A stretch of DNA of 54,239 nt from Tubiluchus corallicola (Eukaryota; Animalia; Priapulida). Numbering within the stretch: position 1 is the stretch's first letter; every line of letters starts with the position of its first letter. Where the stretch lies: NCBI GenBank assembly GCA_030141605.1, contig JAQGDQ010000027.1:1024474-1078712 (forward strand), in the 5' to 3' direction. Of the stretch, positions 36,196 through 48,299 are shown one piece after another. The position numbers and the translations under genes are program-made. A model generated the notes under the pieces. That model was given only the letters and a program-made list of their open reading frames with translations. It was not told the origin of the DNA and ran no database searches.

Positions 36196-36792
36196 GCAAA
36201 GAGTTGAATAGCGAAGATATAAAGCGAAGATACAATGGCGACCATAGTAGCACCACCACCACCACCACCGCCACTAGCGATGCCACCACCAACACCCCTG
36301 GCAACATCATCAACAACAACAACAACAACAACAACAACAGCAGCAGCAACAGCAGCAACAATGCTACGGTGAGAACGGCAAACAAGAATTGGAGAGAAAA
36401 GATTGAAAATACAACTGGCTAAAGAAGAAGATGAGGGCATAGCCGACATGTTTGCTCCACCCCCTTTGCCCCCGCCTGTGGTTTCCTTCATTCTGGCATC
36501 TGCTCCTAAAAAGTTGAAAAAATTTTCCAGTACCTAAAAGTCACATGTTTTTTTCTCTTGCAGGATTTCCAAATTTCGCCTGCTCCGCCCAAACTGCAAC
36601 AACATCAACAACAACATCCACGACTGTAGGAACCTGCACACAGAGGCAAACGTATCCATCCGTACAAGATTGGTGGCAACAGCAACAGCGGCAATAGAGT
36701 GCCACAGAAATAAGCCTTTGAGAAAGTCAAGTCGTTGCTCTTCGAAAACAATCAGAAGAATATCGTCATAGTCTGCGAACCGATTGCCACAG

Positions 36793-37292
36793 ATGAATGA
36801 ATCGGACATTGCTCCAACCATTGATGCCTTCCAGCACGTGGAAGAAGAATACCAAGTCAAAAATTTTATAATTCACGAAATACAAACTGGCATATATCAC
36901 AGTTACAGCTTCAAACCGCCTCACCCATGGCATCGACATCCCCACTACAAGCGATTCACTTACAACTATCAGAGTAAACACATACGCGGCGCCTGGTGGG
37001 AGGAGGGAATGTTGGACTATTCAGAGTTAGACGGCATTCTACGACAAACTAGCAGAAACACTATCGTCTATGTCAAGGGACTCGAGATGTACAGATTCGT
37101 CAAAAAACATCTACCAAAAAATCGCGTAGTAATATGCTCAGAGGATCTACAAAATTAATGACCACCATAGGCCATACGATGGCAGAGCAACGGACGAGGC
37201 AGAGCAATCCGGGCAGCCAAAACCATGGCCAACTATCTACTAATTGTACGAATAGAGCAGTAAACATCATCGGCAGGGCTTGGTTCGTGTAG
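36793..37292 (+). pseudogene. Maverick/Polinton-type accessory protein (possibly DEDD-exonuclease-like), frameshifted near 37158
   Basis: IDAFQ...YQVKNF...YSFKPPHPW...KHIRGAWWEEG..DYSEL..IL...IVYVKGLE, then a HGQLSTNCTNRAVNII tail in the next frame. Pattern recalled from Polinton-associated ORFs, not searched. Confidence 0.6.
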
Positions 37293-38069
37293 CGTTTCGA
37301 TTTGAAGCCGATACAAACCAGATTGGGCGGAAAATGCTACACTCGGAGACCGCAAAAGCAAATGCTTCTGATGAAACGAGGGGGGTGACATGTGGATGAT
37401 TTTCACCCTCGTATCAACAGTGATTAACGGTTTTTTGCAGAACCGAAAGCTTGAAAATGCCATCCTCGAACTCTCCAAATGTCATTTTTCTTACTGTGTC
37501 TGCGTTATAAATATAGCCTGTATCCTAGAGGATACATTGGGATTCAATGGTTGCAAAATATTATAAAAAACAAAGACTATATTATTTGGACATTTGAAGT
37601 TTAATGAAAATCTGGAGTTTAGACCATATTTCACAACTATTTTTTATCTATTAAATAGTAATAAAACTGTATTTTTTACAAAACTGCGAGTTATATAACA
37701 ATTGAACTTGGAAGGTGAAGAAACAATTGCCGTTCTGCTTTAAACACAAAAACACTTTTTGCACTTTATGCATTTTGTTTAGCTGTGTTTGCTAAAAAGC
37801 TTATTCTTTGATTCTTTGTTTATCAATTGGGAAAGTGTCCAAAACTGTCATTTCTGTCTATTTTAGTACATGGTGTTTGAATATTGTAGTTATTAGGTTC
37901 AAGATTTCTGCGTCTGACTCTTAAGTAGATGGTGGGTGGCCTTATTTATGGCTTGCTTCAGTTTTTTCTCTTTTGAAGTTAAAGAAGCAAAAAAAACCGC
38001 TAAAGAAAATTATGGGAGACCCATTTGTGCTTTTTGGGAGTATATGATGTGCACAAATTAGACAAGCCT

Positions 38070-38508
38070 GAAAAACCAGATTTGCAAATAGAAATAGATT
38101 GGCAGAAATTGAAGTCATGTGGATAGAAGTCCGGTTTCCAAGATCAGCACCATTTTTAGTTGGATTTATATAACGTCCACCTAGTTCAAATGTTAACTAA
38201 TTTAATAGATTTGAGGAGATTATGGAGTGAATTTATGCGGAGGGCAATGACGTGTTCTTTATGGGAGATGTGAACACAGATATAAGTCCTTGAAAGGAAG
38301 CTAATGACTGCAGATTGTGGTCTGCAATTTAGGAATCTTTCAGTTTAATATTCAAGCAAGTAGTTTATGCTCCAACGAGAGTAGCCAGTGCACGTTCACT
38401 CTAATTTATACGAATGCTGAGTCAACCATCATATCAGCTTCTGTACCTGTAATTGCTACTACAGATCATGACCCGATAACTGCCATCAGAAAATTGAATA
38501 GAAGTTAA
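38070..38508 (+). pseudogene. Decayed CR1/L2-group LINE endonuclease fragment
   Basis: LVGFI*RPPSSN, VFFMGDVNTD, PTRVA, TDHDPITAIRK. Confidence 0.85.
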
Positions 38509-39109
38509 AAAAATAGTGTATTTTCAGAGAATTATATCTTAACCCTTTCACAGGCATTTTTTCCTGGTGGTTAATTCACACAGGAATCTTAAAATGTTGA
38601 CATAATTACTTAGCGGCGTCATCGGATAATATAAAAAAAGATATCTCACAGTTTCTATTTGTGTTTTTGCAATTCACTACTGTAATGAGCGTCCTCGATG
38701 GGCCTGGTTTTGGTGAAGCTATCTCTTCTGCTACACACCCGTGCGCGAACAGCTGCTTGGGTAGTAGCTAACCTGTCAACAATAGTCCCTAATGCTCTGC
38801 AGCTAGGGCGATGCTAACTTTACTAGCTGCTGTGCAATATGTCTCGATACTTTCTGTGTTCCCTAGTAGAAAACTTTTGCGCCCAAAATTTTTGCATGCT
38901 AGAAATTTGCTATCAAAAATGTTCCCAAATAATCTTGAAGAATTTTTTAATAAAAATCTTTTAGCAAAGTTTTTTCACTCTTTAAGTTTTTGTTCTGTCT
39001 TCTACTGCAAGTCATACATCCTACTCTCATTATTTTTTTGCCGGGAAGAGTTTGCAAAACCTTGTTTAGCTACAACAAATTGTTACAAAACAAAAATAAG
39101 ACTGTTCTG

Positions 39110-39651
39110 CTGCTGCGAAGTAATCAGCAGATTCTCGTCAGGTAGAACGCTGCATAAATAAAAATAAGTTCTGTTAGCTTATTATCTTCTGAGAAGCAGC
39201 AAACAAACTATATGAAATGTCCGCGCATTATTGATCGTTGCTAAACAGACTAAAAGCATTTATTGTAGCACACAGTTTCGACTTTGTGGAAAATGTTTGG
39301 AATGGTTTTGTTTTGATGTTGTGCTGTAAGTGCTGGTGCAATAGCAGTCGTCATCGTTGCCACCATCATTATCATCATCAACAACATAATCACCATGCGA
39401 TGTTGTGTGAGTTGTGCAGTGTGGTGGTGGTGGTGGTGGTGTGCTATGGATGGTGTGATGAGGTGGAAGGGTGTGTGGGATGTGTTGGTGGAATGGAGTG
39501 GGTGGTTTGATGGGCGTGGTTTAGTGTGGTCTGGATGGTGTTGTGTGGTATTGATGATGTGGTGTGTGTGGTGCTGGTGGAGTGGTGTGGTGTGGGTTGT
39601 GTGATTGTGTCTTGAATTATGTGCTATATTCTTTTTGCGGGGTTTCGCTAG
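39110..39651 (+). mobile_element. Helitron-like element, 3' part
   Basis: Shared body with 40330-40640 and 42910-43600; GTG-rich tail; ends GCGGGGTTTCGCTAG|T. Confidence 0.65.
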
Positions 39652-39670
39652 TCTATGTATTAATTTTGGT

Positions 39671-39713
<43 letters not shown>

Positions 39714-40660
39714 GGCGAGGCCACAGCTCCAATGACAGTACCATTCTCGACGTTCTATACATCAAACTAAAGGTCCTGACCAACAGATCTACAATTGGGG
39801 TTTTATTTTTTGACTCTGTCCCACCGTGAGAAGCGGGGGGCGAAAAACCTCCAAAATTGCCATTTTTCGGCCGTTTTTTTTCAAAACTTATGCCTCTTAT
39901 TGGTAGAGAACAGGAACAGTGCCAGTAATGGTTTAATAGTGCGTTCAACGGTGGGTGACATTGTCAAAGAATTCGGGGGAGTGCCTCGGTGCCCCGTGAC
40001 GGGCGTTTTTTCGGATCCCAAAACGCAAAGTTTGCAGAAAACTGCTCAAACAGTGTCTAGAAAAATTCAATTTGTGCAAGTTGGGCATGTTGGGAAAAAA
40101 AGCGCCCCCACAGAAAGAAGACTAAACGGTCTACAAAATGTTGAAGGTTTTGTTGAGAGAGATGTATACTGAACGAAACGTGAGGGGTGTATTTCGAAGT
40201 AATTTTTTTACCCTCTGTGCTGCACGCTATTTGGAACATCCATTGTCTTTGAGTCTGTGAAATTTCGCGGCTGTTCCAGGCATTGTTGTCACCCGTCGTT
40301 CTACAGTGTCATAGATATACATGTAAGTAAGATCTGTTAGCCTATTATCATCTGGGAAGCAGACTAAGAGCATTTATTATAACACACAGTTTTGACTTTG
40401 TGGAAAATATTTGAAATGGTTTTGTTGTGATGCTGTGCTGTTGTTGCTGCTGTACGTGTCGTCATTGTTGCCGCCGTCATCATCATCATTGCCTTCAGCA
40501 TCATGATCATCATGTAATGTGGTGGGTGTTGTGTGGTGTGGTGGGTGTGGTGTAGTGTGGTCTGAGTGGTGTGGTGTTTGTGATGTGGTGTAAATAATCT
40601 GGTGGGGGTGATAGGGGTTTTGTGTAGTGTGGTGGGATTTGTTTGTTGCAGGTGGTGTCA
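39652..40660 (+). mobile_element. Helitron-like element, 5' part and body
   Basis: Starts TCTAT right after the previous CTAG, followed by (TA)n and AAACGGCGAGGCCACAGC. 40110-40520 closely matches 42700-43150. Confidence 0.65.
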
Positions 40661-40689
40661 ATGATATCACATAAAAACAATGATGATGA

Positions 40690-41890
40690 GAATACATTTT
40701 TTAGGCTGCTTGTTCAAATTAAAGTTATGTGCCATCCTCTTTCTCTTTCCTTTTTTTAATACTGTCGTATATAAAGTTTGTTACTAGGGTTCTCATCTCT
40801 TAGGCCATTAATACAAATTAACTGTTCACTTACAGGCATAACTGCAAAAAGAGGCAATATTTTTAAAATATTTTCATAAACAACGTTTCCCTTCTTTGAA
40901 GAGCCTATAAGTTCGAAGTTTGTTACCCTGTCATCATGGTTGTCTCTATAAATCCTTCTTATTAATGCAATAAAACAATCTGCGAGCACTTAATGTACCT
41001 TCATTAATCCAAGTTTGCTCAAACCCAAGTTTGTACAAAATATTCCTAATGAACGAGACCCAGTTATACACGTTTTCGTAATCTTTTTGTTTACCGTTTA
41101 TATATGCATTGTAAATTAGACTACTGCAGGGTCTTTCCAGTATATGTAGCCATCTAAATTGGGTAAATCTAGTTGGGTATATACCCATTTCTGCTCGTAA
41201 TATCTGTTTACAAAATTTTAACTGAACAAATTCACTTTTTAATCTGTCAAAATCTGCTCCGAGAGTGTCACGAAAAAATGAATTTTCAGTATTAAAGGCA
41301 GTGGGGCTCCATGTGTGATAATGGACTCAACAAGGGAGATCAATCAATCGGCACATTCATATTGTAAGAGTTTCCCTATTGTTCAGCATGAGTATACTGT
41401 TCTGATGATGCTCGGAAATCAATGCTAATGTATTTATACATTTATATTTTTGACTTTTTTCGATTAATTTGGCGTTAAAATAAATGAGTTCGTCCTTTAA
41501 GATTTTGCTTGATTTATTAAAGATAATTAATTTAGTTTTGGTTAAGTTAACACTTAGAGCCCATTTATAAGAAGCGAGTTTGTCTAAACACATACGTAAA
41601 CCGGTTTCACTATTAGAGACGAGTAAAATATTATTTGCATATAATAAACATTTAAATTTCTCATTAGCTAATTTAACAGGGTCGTAATCTAACGTATAGG
41701 CACTTGGTAGATCGTTAACAAAACTGGAAAATAAAACTGGACGAAGTACCCAACCTTGTTTTAAACCAAAGTTAGATGAGAAACCTTCTTTAATTCCTTC
41801 AGGCAGCTTGACTGCATGATTACACTTAGAAAACATATTTCTAAGTATAGTCAAAAATTTGCCACTAACGCCATGAATTAAGCATGTCAA
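40690..41890 (-). pseudogene. Decayed LINE reverse transcriptase and C-terminal region (RTE-X-like or L2 group)
   Basis: GLKQGWVLRPVLFSSFVNDL, CLLYANNILLVS (from YADD), SVNLTKTK, KFCKQI, AEMGIYP, NWVSFIRNIL. Confidence 0.85.
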
Positions 41891-42369
41891 TCTTTATAAA
41901 ATGTTTGATTTAAAATTACTAGTCGCAGTAATTGTAGTACAGTTCTAACTGCATGTCCAAGTGTAAGTAAGTATTTTCATCAATGACATACAACAATGGC
42001 TACTAGTCTAACACTTTGTGTTTAGGATAAAGTTTGTACAGCATTTTTGCGATTTGTCAGCTACTTCGTCTGCTATACAGGTTCTGTCAAACAATAACTT
42101 AACTAACATTTCTATAGGTTTTCCAGGTTTATAAGCAGGCGCACACTTTGTATACAAAGTAAGTATAAGGAAAGTAACAATTTAGCATCTTAATAAGGAA
42201 AGAGGAAGGAGAAAATATACAGCCTTTCTTTTTGGGCGCTTAGATGTGTCTGATTTTACAGGAAGATTTGATTAGGGCGCATCTTCGATTTCAATAGAAA
42301 CAATAGAAGCAAAGGGAAAAGATACCATCGGAAGTAAGTGAAGCACTTTCTTCATAGTAATTCGTTTTA

Positions 42370-43600
42370 TGGGATGTTGGTGTAGTGTGGTGTGGGTGCT
42401 GTGGTGTGGTGTGGCTGGTGTATAGTGAGTGGTGTGGAGGGTTGGTGTGGTTGTTGTATTGTGAGTGATGTGGCAGGTTGGTGTAGTGTGATGGGGGTGG
42501 TGTGATGTGGTGTGGATGGTGTGGTGTGGTGGGTGTGGTGTGTTGTGTGGCTGGTGTGGTGTTGTGGTAAGGTATGGGTGGTCTAGTGTTCAACGACGGG
42601 TATAATAGTCATATTTAGATTTCGCGGGAGGGACAACAATACCCACTACTCATTTTGCGGGACGCCCAAACAGGGAGAAAATAAGCACATAAACAGAAAG
42701 AGGACGAAACGGTCTACAAAGTACTGGTGGTTTCCCTAGGAGAGATGTATATTGGACGAAGCGGAAGGCGTGTACTTCGAAGTTCTTTTTCTACCCTCTG
42801 TGCTGCACGCTATTTGGAACATCCATTGTCTTTTACTTTGAGAAATTTCGCGGCTGTTCCAGGCATTGTTGTCACCCGTCGTTCTACAGTGTCATAGATA
42901 TACATGTAAGATCTGTTAGCCTATTATCATCTGGGAAGCAGGACACAAAACTATGTGGAATGTCCACACATTATTGATTATTGGTAAACAGACTAAGAGC
43001 ATTTATTATAACACACAGTTTTGACTTTGAGGAAAATATTTGGAATGGTTTTCTTGTCATGCTGTGCTGTTGGTGCTTTAGGTGTCGTCATTGTTGCCGC
43101 CATCATCATCATCATCGCCTTCAACATCATGATCACCATGTGATGTGGTGGGTGTTGTGTGGTGTGGTGGTGGTGGTGGTGGTGGTGGTGTGCTGTGGGT
43201 GTTGTGCTGTGGATGGCATGGTGGGGTGGTAAGGTGTGCATGAAGTTTGTTGGAGTAGTGTCGTGGGTGTGGTGTAGTATGGTCTGAGTGGTGTGGTGTG
43301 GGTGGTATGCTGTGAGTGGAGCAGTGTATTGGAGCGGTGTGGGTGGTGTGGTGTGAGTGGGGTGGTGGATGGATGTGTGGTGTGGTGTGGGTGGTATGCT
43401 GTGAGTGGTGCAGTGCGTTGGAGTTGTGTGGGTGGTGTGGTGTGAGTGGGGTGGTGTGTGGATGTGTGGTGTGGTGTGGGTGGTGTGGTGAGTGGGGTAT
43501 GTTGTGTGGTGCAGTGCGCTAATGTAAAGGTGGTATGGTGTGGGTGGTGTGGCGTATTGAGATTGGTGATTCAAGTTGGCGTGGTGTTGTCTGGGTTATT
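42370..43600 (+). mobile_element. Helitron-like tail and 3' end, followed by another head-to-tail copy with an expanded GTG-rich tract
   Basis: CAACGACGGGTATAATAG|TC at 42591-42610. Body 42700-43150 matches 40110-40520. (GTG/GTGTG)n tract at 43140-43560. Confidence 0.6.
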
Positions 43601-43658
43601 GTTGTTAGTTTTTCGGAGATATATATATCCCCCAGGTGATAGTGAATTAAAGTTATAT

Positions 43659-43691
<33 letters not shown>

Positions 43692-43789
43692 CGGATGAGG
43701 CTACAGCACAAAATATTTCGCGGGTCCTTTGCTTTTGAAGTACTGTGCTGACACACAGATGATGCCTTACAAGAAAGGAAGATTTTAAT

Positions 43790-46350
43790 CCCTCGCAATT
43801 CTGTCTAGAACTTAATATTGACTGACAATGATAACGTCATTTTTTTAGTGGTTCAGCAAGTTTCAAAATAAACTTAGCAGCGTGAGAACTACTGGGAAAT
43901 GACCAGCCTTGAAATGCTCACCAAAATAAACACTGATGTTCCAATTAATGCAATAACAATTTTGCAACTTTCTAATTATTGAGTGAACTTTTGTGTTTTT
44001 TAAAATAATCTTTTCTCACAACAACGGTTTTTTCATTACTCTTGACCTTGTCGCTGCAGCTCTGCTGTACTCTCGTTGTTGTTGTTGTTGCTGTTGTTGC
44101 TGCTGCTCCTGCTGCTGATAGTGGTAATGATGTTGATAATTAAGATGATGTCGCTCAACCTCCACCACCACCAAAATTGTTCTTGTTTATAACGACTCAA
44201 TGCTTTTATAGTAATACTCTACATATCTTTTTAAACTGTAGACAAACCAAAACTAGGAGAATTCTAACCAACAGCTAAATCTTTTCTCATGGAATCTTGA
44301 GTAATCAGTTCTTAATTTAATCCGGGAAAATGCAGCTGTCTGGCAGCTCTGTTTATTTTAGTATTCAATGTCGGCTTTAAGATGTTTGCAGACAACTATA
44401 ATCACAGCAGCTTATTATAAAATTTCATGCATCTCTTTGTTAGGCGGCTACAAAGCAATCAGAATTATTTCTCAGACTTAAATTATTAGAAATTAGAATC
44501 ACTTATTTTAGAAACTCTTATATCTAGGACGTGAGCTTTGTCTGTAGCTCGCGGTTCAAATACTTTATAAGCGCTTAAACAAACTGGAAAAGTTCTTAAG
44601 AAACAAGACAAACAAAGTGACGTCAAAGAAATAAAGAAATTCTATAGAAAGACACAACGTGGCACAATTGACATGAAATGGCCAAGACGCCAATGATCTA
44701 TTGTCACCAGCCGTCCATTCACCTAAAAGCATTTTGTGGAGGGACCGAAAACTAAACAATACTGTAAACATGTTACGTAGCTCGGCATCTCCTATACAGG
44801 AGAAACTCTTGACAGCCTTTACTCATCAAGTTTCTTTATTTCTATAATTGTGTTAATTTTAATAGTTTTGTTGCACTTTAATCAGTTTGCCTAATGCAGC
44901 GCTTTGTTGTTTAAATCTTAATAGAAACAATCAGTTGTTGTTCATAAAGTAAATGTTACCTAGGAGTTTCATCAGAAATTTGAACAATGGCGCTGTATAA
45001 ACGCACTCTCTGAAAGATTAAATTTCTTGTGAAATTAATCTGATCTGTAAATATTCTACACCCAAAGTAAAATTTTAATCATCAGCAACCCCGCTAGGAA
45101 TTTAACAATAAGTGAAATCTCGAGAAGTATTTACCCGAGAAGCGAGTCACGCAAAGCAAACAAAGGCTTTAATCTTCAACAATTGAAATTTTGTCAAGTA
45201 TTAAGCTGAGATGCAGTTTATACCGTCACGTCCTCAACACACAAAGGAGAATTTTGATCCGTAAAACAAATTGTCTGCGATCAAGCAACAGTTCAATAAT
45301 CTCTCTTTTCAAATTTATTCAACAGATTTCATAATAATTTTGGCAGCGTGAGAAATTATGGGTAACGACCAACCTTGAAACTCCCACGATAAACAGTTTA
45401 CACAAATACGAGTTGCGATTTTTCAAATGTTTGATATTTTAAAAACATTTTTGGCACAGCTATTGTCTCATTGATCATTGCTACTAGTTACTGCTACTAA
45501 TTATTGCTTTTAACGATTATATTATAATGATGTAACATGCAAAACTGATGTCTGCGCAAAGAGTATAGATGTCTATAAAGCTGTAATACCATTAAACACA
45601 TTTTCATAAATGAATTGCAGGCGGATTCATGCCTTGCACGATTGGTGAGACTTGGATACTCATTGTGACGGTTTCATTTGCTGTGCTGCTGATCCTGGTT
45701 GTTTGCACTGCAAAGAGAGGACGTTTCACACACGAACATGGCTGAGACTCCTCTCGCAGTTCAGTGACTCATCTTCAGCCTTTGCCTTTGTGAATGTGCC
45801 AGCTTCAACTTAGCCCACATCACAAACATCTCAATTTTCCAATATCTTTACTTCGACATATTATTACGACGTGAGTGTGTCATAATTTCAGAAAAGTTGT
45901 CTTGAAGTAGTATGTACAATAAAGCTCAAGTTTTAGAAGAAATATCTGACAGTGTAAACATTAACGTTCCTTCAAAGTCATTCAACACAAAGAGCTTTGA
46001 AAGATGCTGCAATGTTTATTTAAAACAAGTTTTCCTCCTTCGTGCTGAAGATGTGAAAAATGCTGAATTTAACCGTAGATCTTGTGTCAATACATTAGAC
46101 TGGGAACTAAGATAAAGACGCCTGGGAAAGAGTTAAGTAAATATAGCAGAGTGATTACATGGGTCTTGAATTTCAAAAGCCCGCATTCCACACCTGGGAA
46201 AGAGGAAAGCTGAACAAATGCAGACAAGACTGTTAACAGTGTACGACATTCCAGGAAAATTGACGTAAGCTTTTCTACAAAGGAGCGTGAAGTAAAAACA
46301 TTTCTCATTATTCCATCACTTTCTGGTATAACAGCCTCCCTCTCACATTA
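43790..46350 (+). pseudogene. Probable heavily decayed LRR-transmembrane-TIR (Toll-like receptor-like) gene
   Basis: In order on the + strand: LRR-like NSV*NLILTDND, MTSLEMLT, LCCLNLNRNNQL; Cys cap-like SCDFSNV*YF and DVTCK; TM WILIVTVSFAVLLILVVC then KR; TIR-like YYDVSVS*, LDW/LGTKIKDA, QSDYMGLEFQ, FWYNSL. Many stops and frameshifts. Confidence 0.45.
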
Positions 46351-46539
46351 GATTTCACCTTAACTCACGTTTAATATCACTTACTGTTTATGAGAAACTT
46401 TAAACTACGTAACTGATTCGCGATCACTAATCTTGCACAAAGAGATGCAACACAATGTGGTTTTCTGCATCCCAATTCACTGAGAGCAAAAGTCAGAAAT
46501 CCAGTTGCTGACCAGTTTCATTTTTGCTTAACCTTGCAA

Positions 46540-47740
46540 ATCAAAGTCTGTGATCAATCATACTGTCATACATGCCATTATTTTTTCTCTTTGAAGTAAA
46601 GCTTGTAATAATAAAACCACCTGGGAAATACGATGTTTTGATAAGACTAAAAGGATTATAAGCACAATAAGTGAGTTTGAGTTTTTAGCTTTGAAAGCAT
46701 TTTGACGTATTTGCATTGAAAACAAAGAGGGAAAAACCAGATTGTTTTACCATCATAATAAAGACTAAGCTGCGTTATAATAATAGGTGTTTAAACAAGA
46801 CACAGACAATTTTAATTGTTCAAGCACAAGAGCAAACGTGGCTCGACACGAAAAGAGTAAACCTGTAAAGTGATTTGTTTGCTGAAGACAGAAATTGTCC
46901 CTCTCTGGCGCCAACTCTGTTATTATTAAAACTCAATGACAACGGATGATTTTTGTCCGCTCTTTAGTATGAATACTACTGTTTTTACATTGTGTTGTTA
47001 TAATTAATGGATGCTGCGAATAAATGGTCTCTTAGCCATATTTGAGTATACGATAAACGATGTTTTGATAGAAATTATGAGCAATTTAGATCATGGAGAG
47101 AACATTTTGTGTGGCAGACACTGTGCCACAAAATCCTGTAGCAAAAATGTGCCCAGACAAAGAAATTCTAGTTTTGACTGTAGAACAGATTCGTGCAGAG
47201 AAAATAATTATCTCAGAATTAAATGAAAATACAAGAATACTGATGTAGTTTATACCGCCGCCACCACTCACAATTAAATTTGGCAGTGTATCATGAAAAT
47301 ACACATTTATTTAAGAACCAGGTTCAGTTGTCATTAATTTTCGTGAATTTTCATGAATCTGCCAAAATAGTTGTTGGAAATTTTCATTATGCATGCATTT
47401 CATGTATTTTTTTGGCATTCATTTTTGGGTACAAACACTGGATGGTGAAAATATTTGATCAAACCTGGGGGTCTGCATAGAGCGTGGCAGAAACGAGGTG
47501 TTCTCGTGCATGTGCAGGAGCAGTGAGTGTAGTGAAGCGCACATGAATGCTCATGCGCAGAACTGGCAAACGATTCATGACTCAACAATTTATTACTTTC
47601 AAGACTTATACTAACTTTCTGCACAACGCAAAATCAGGCAAAAATTTTAGCGCTAGATTAGAAAAATTGAAAAATGCAAACTGGTATGCAGTCGGTACAG
47701 CAAGCCTCTACCCCTGGGTCAATTTTAATTAAGAGGAAAG
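46540..47740 (+). repeat. Modules of the composite repeat family
   Basis: 46780-46980 resembles 30864-31055; 47410-47600 resembles 29900-30290. Confidence 0.75.
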
Positions 47741-48299
47741 GACACAAAATCTTGTTGAAAGTACTGATACTTAGCAGGGTTTAAGTACCTTGGCAGGTAC
47801 TGCTCAGAAAGAATAAGGAAAGTAGGAAATCAGATTTAGTAAATCAGCTGATTCAGTCTTGATGTGGAATATTTAATCGGTAAACTTGTGGATTATTTTG
47901 CATTGGAAAAAAACTGTAAACTGCCAAGAAAGAAATCAGATTAAATTAACGACCAACATGATTAGTTGCTCTGTCACATTATAGAGTAACAATACATCAT
48001 ACAATGAAGATGATAAGGTATAAAACTATGCAACATAGAGTTAGTAAATCGTAATTGAAATTTTAGTATAAATAAACATCAGACATATGAATATTGAAAA
48101 ACGAAAAGTATAAATATTTATTGATATTAAAAAGGCTTTTCGTTTATTAAAAAATGATTTGTGATTATTCAGAATTGCTTTATTTGTATTCAATGATAAG
48201 TGCAAAATGTGTGCTTGCAAAGCATATTCGTCCATTGCTCGGCAGTTACTCCTTATGCCATTCTAGACTCACCATATTTACTGTATTCTCTCTACCCTT

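Noticed and set aside
38539-38600. TTAACCCTTT, a piggyBac-like terminus
   Set aside because: No partner AAAGGGTTAA end found nearby and no transposase remnant.
39238-43798. His/Thr/Pro-rich and Val/Trp/Cys-rich ORFs
   Set aside because: Arise from GTG/CAC simple repeats in the Helitron-like copies.
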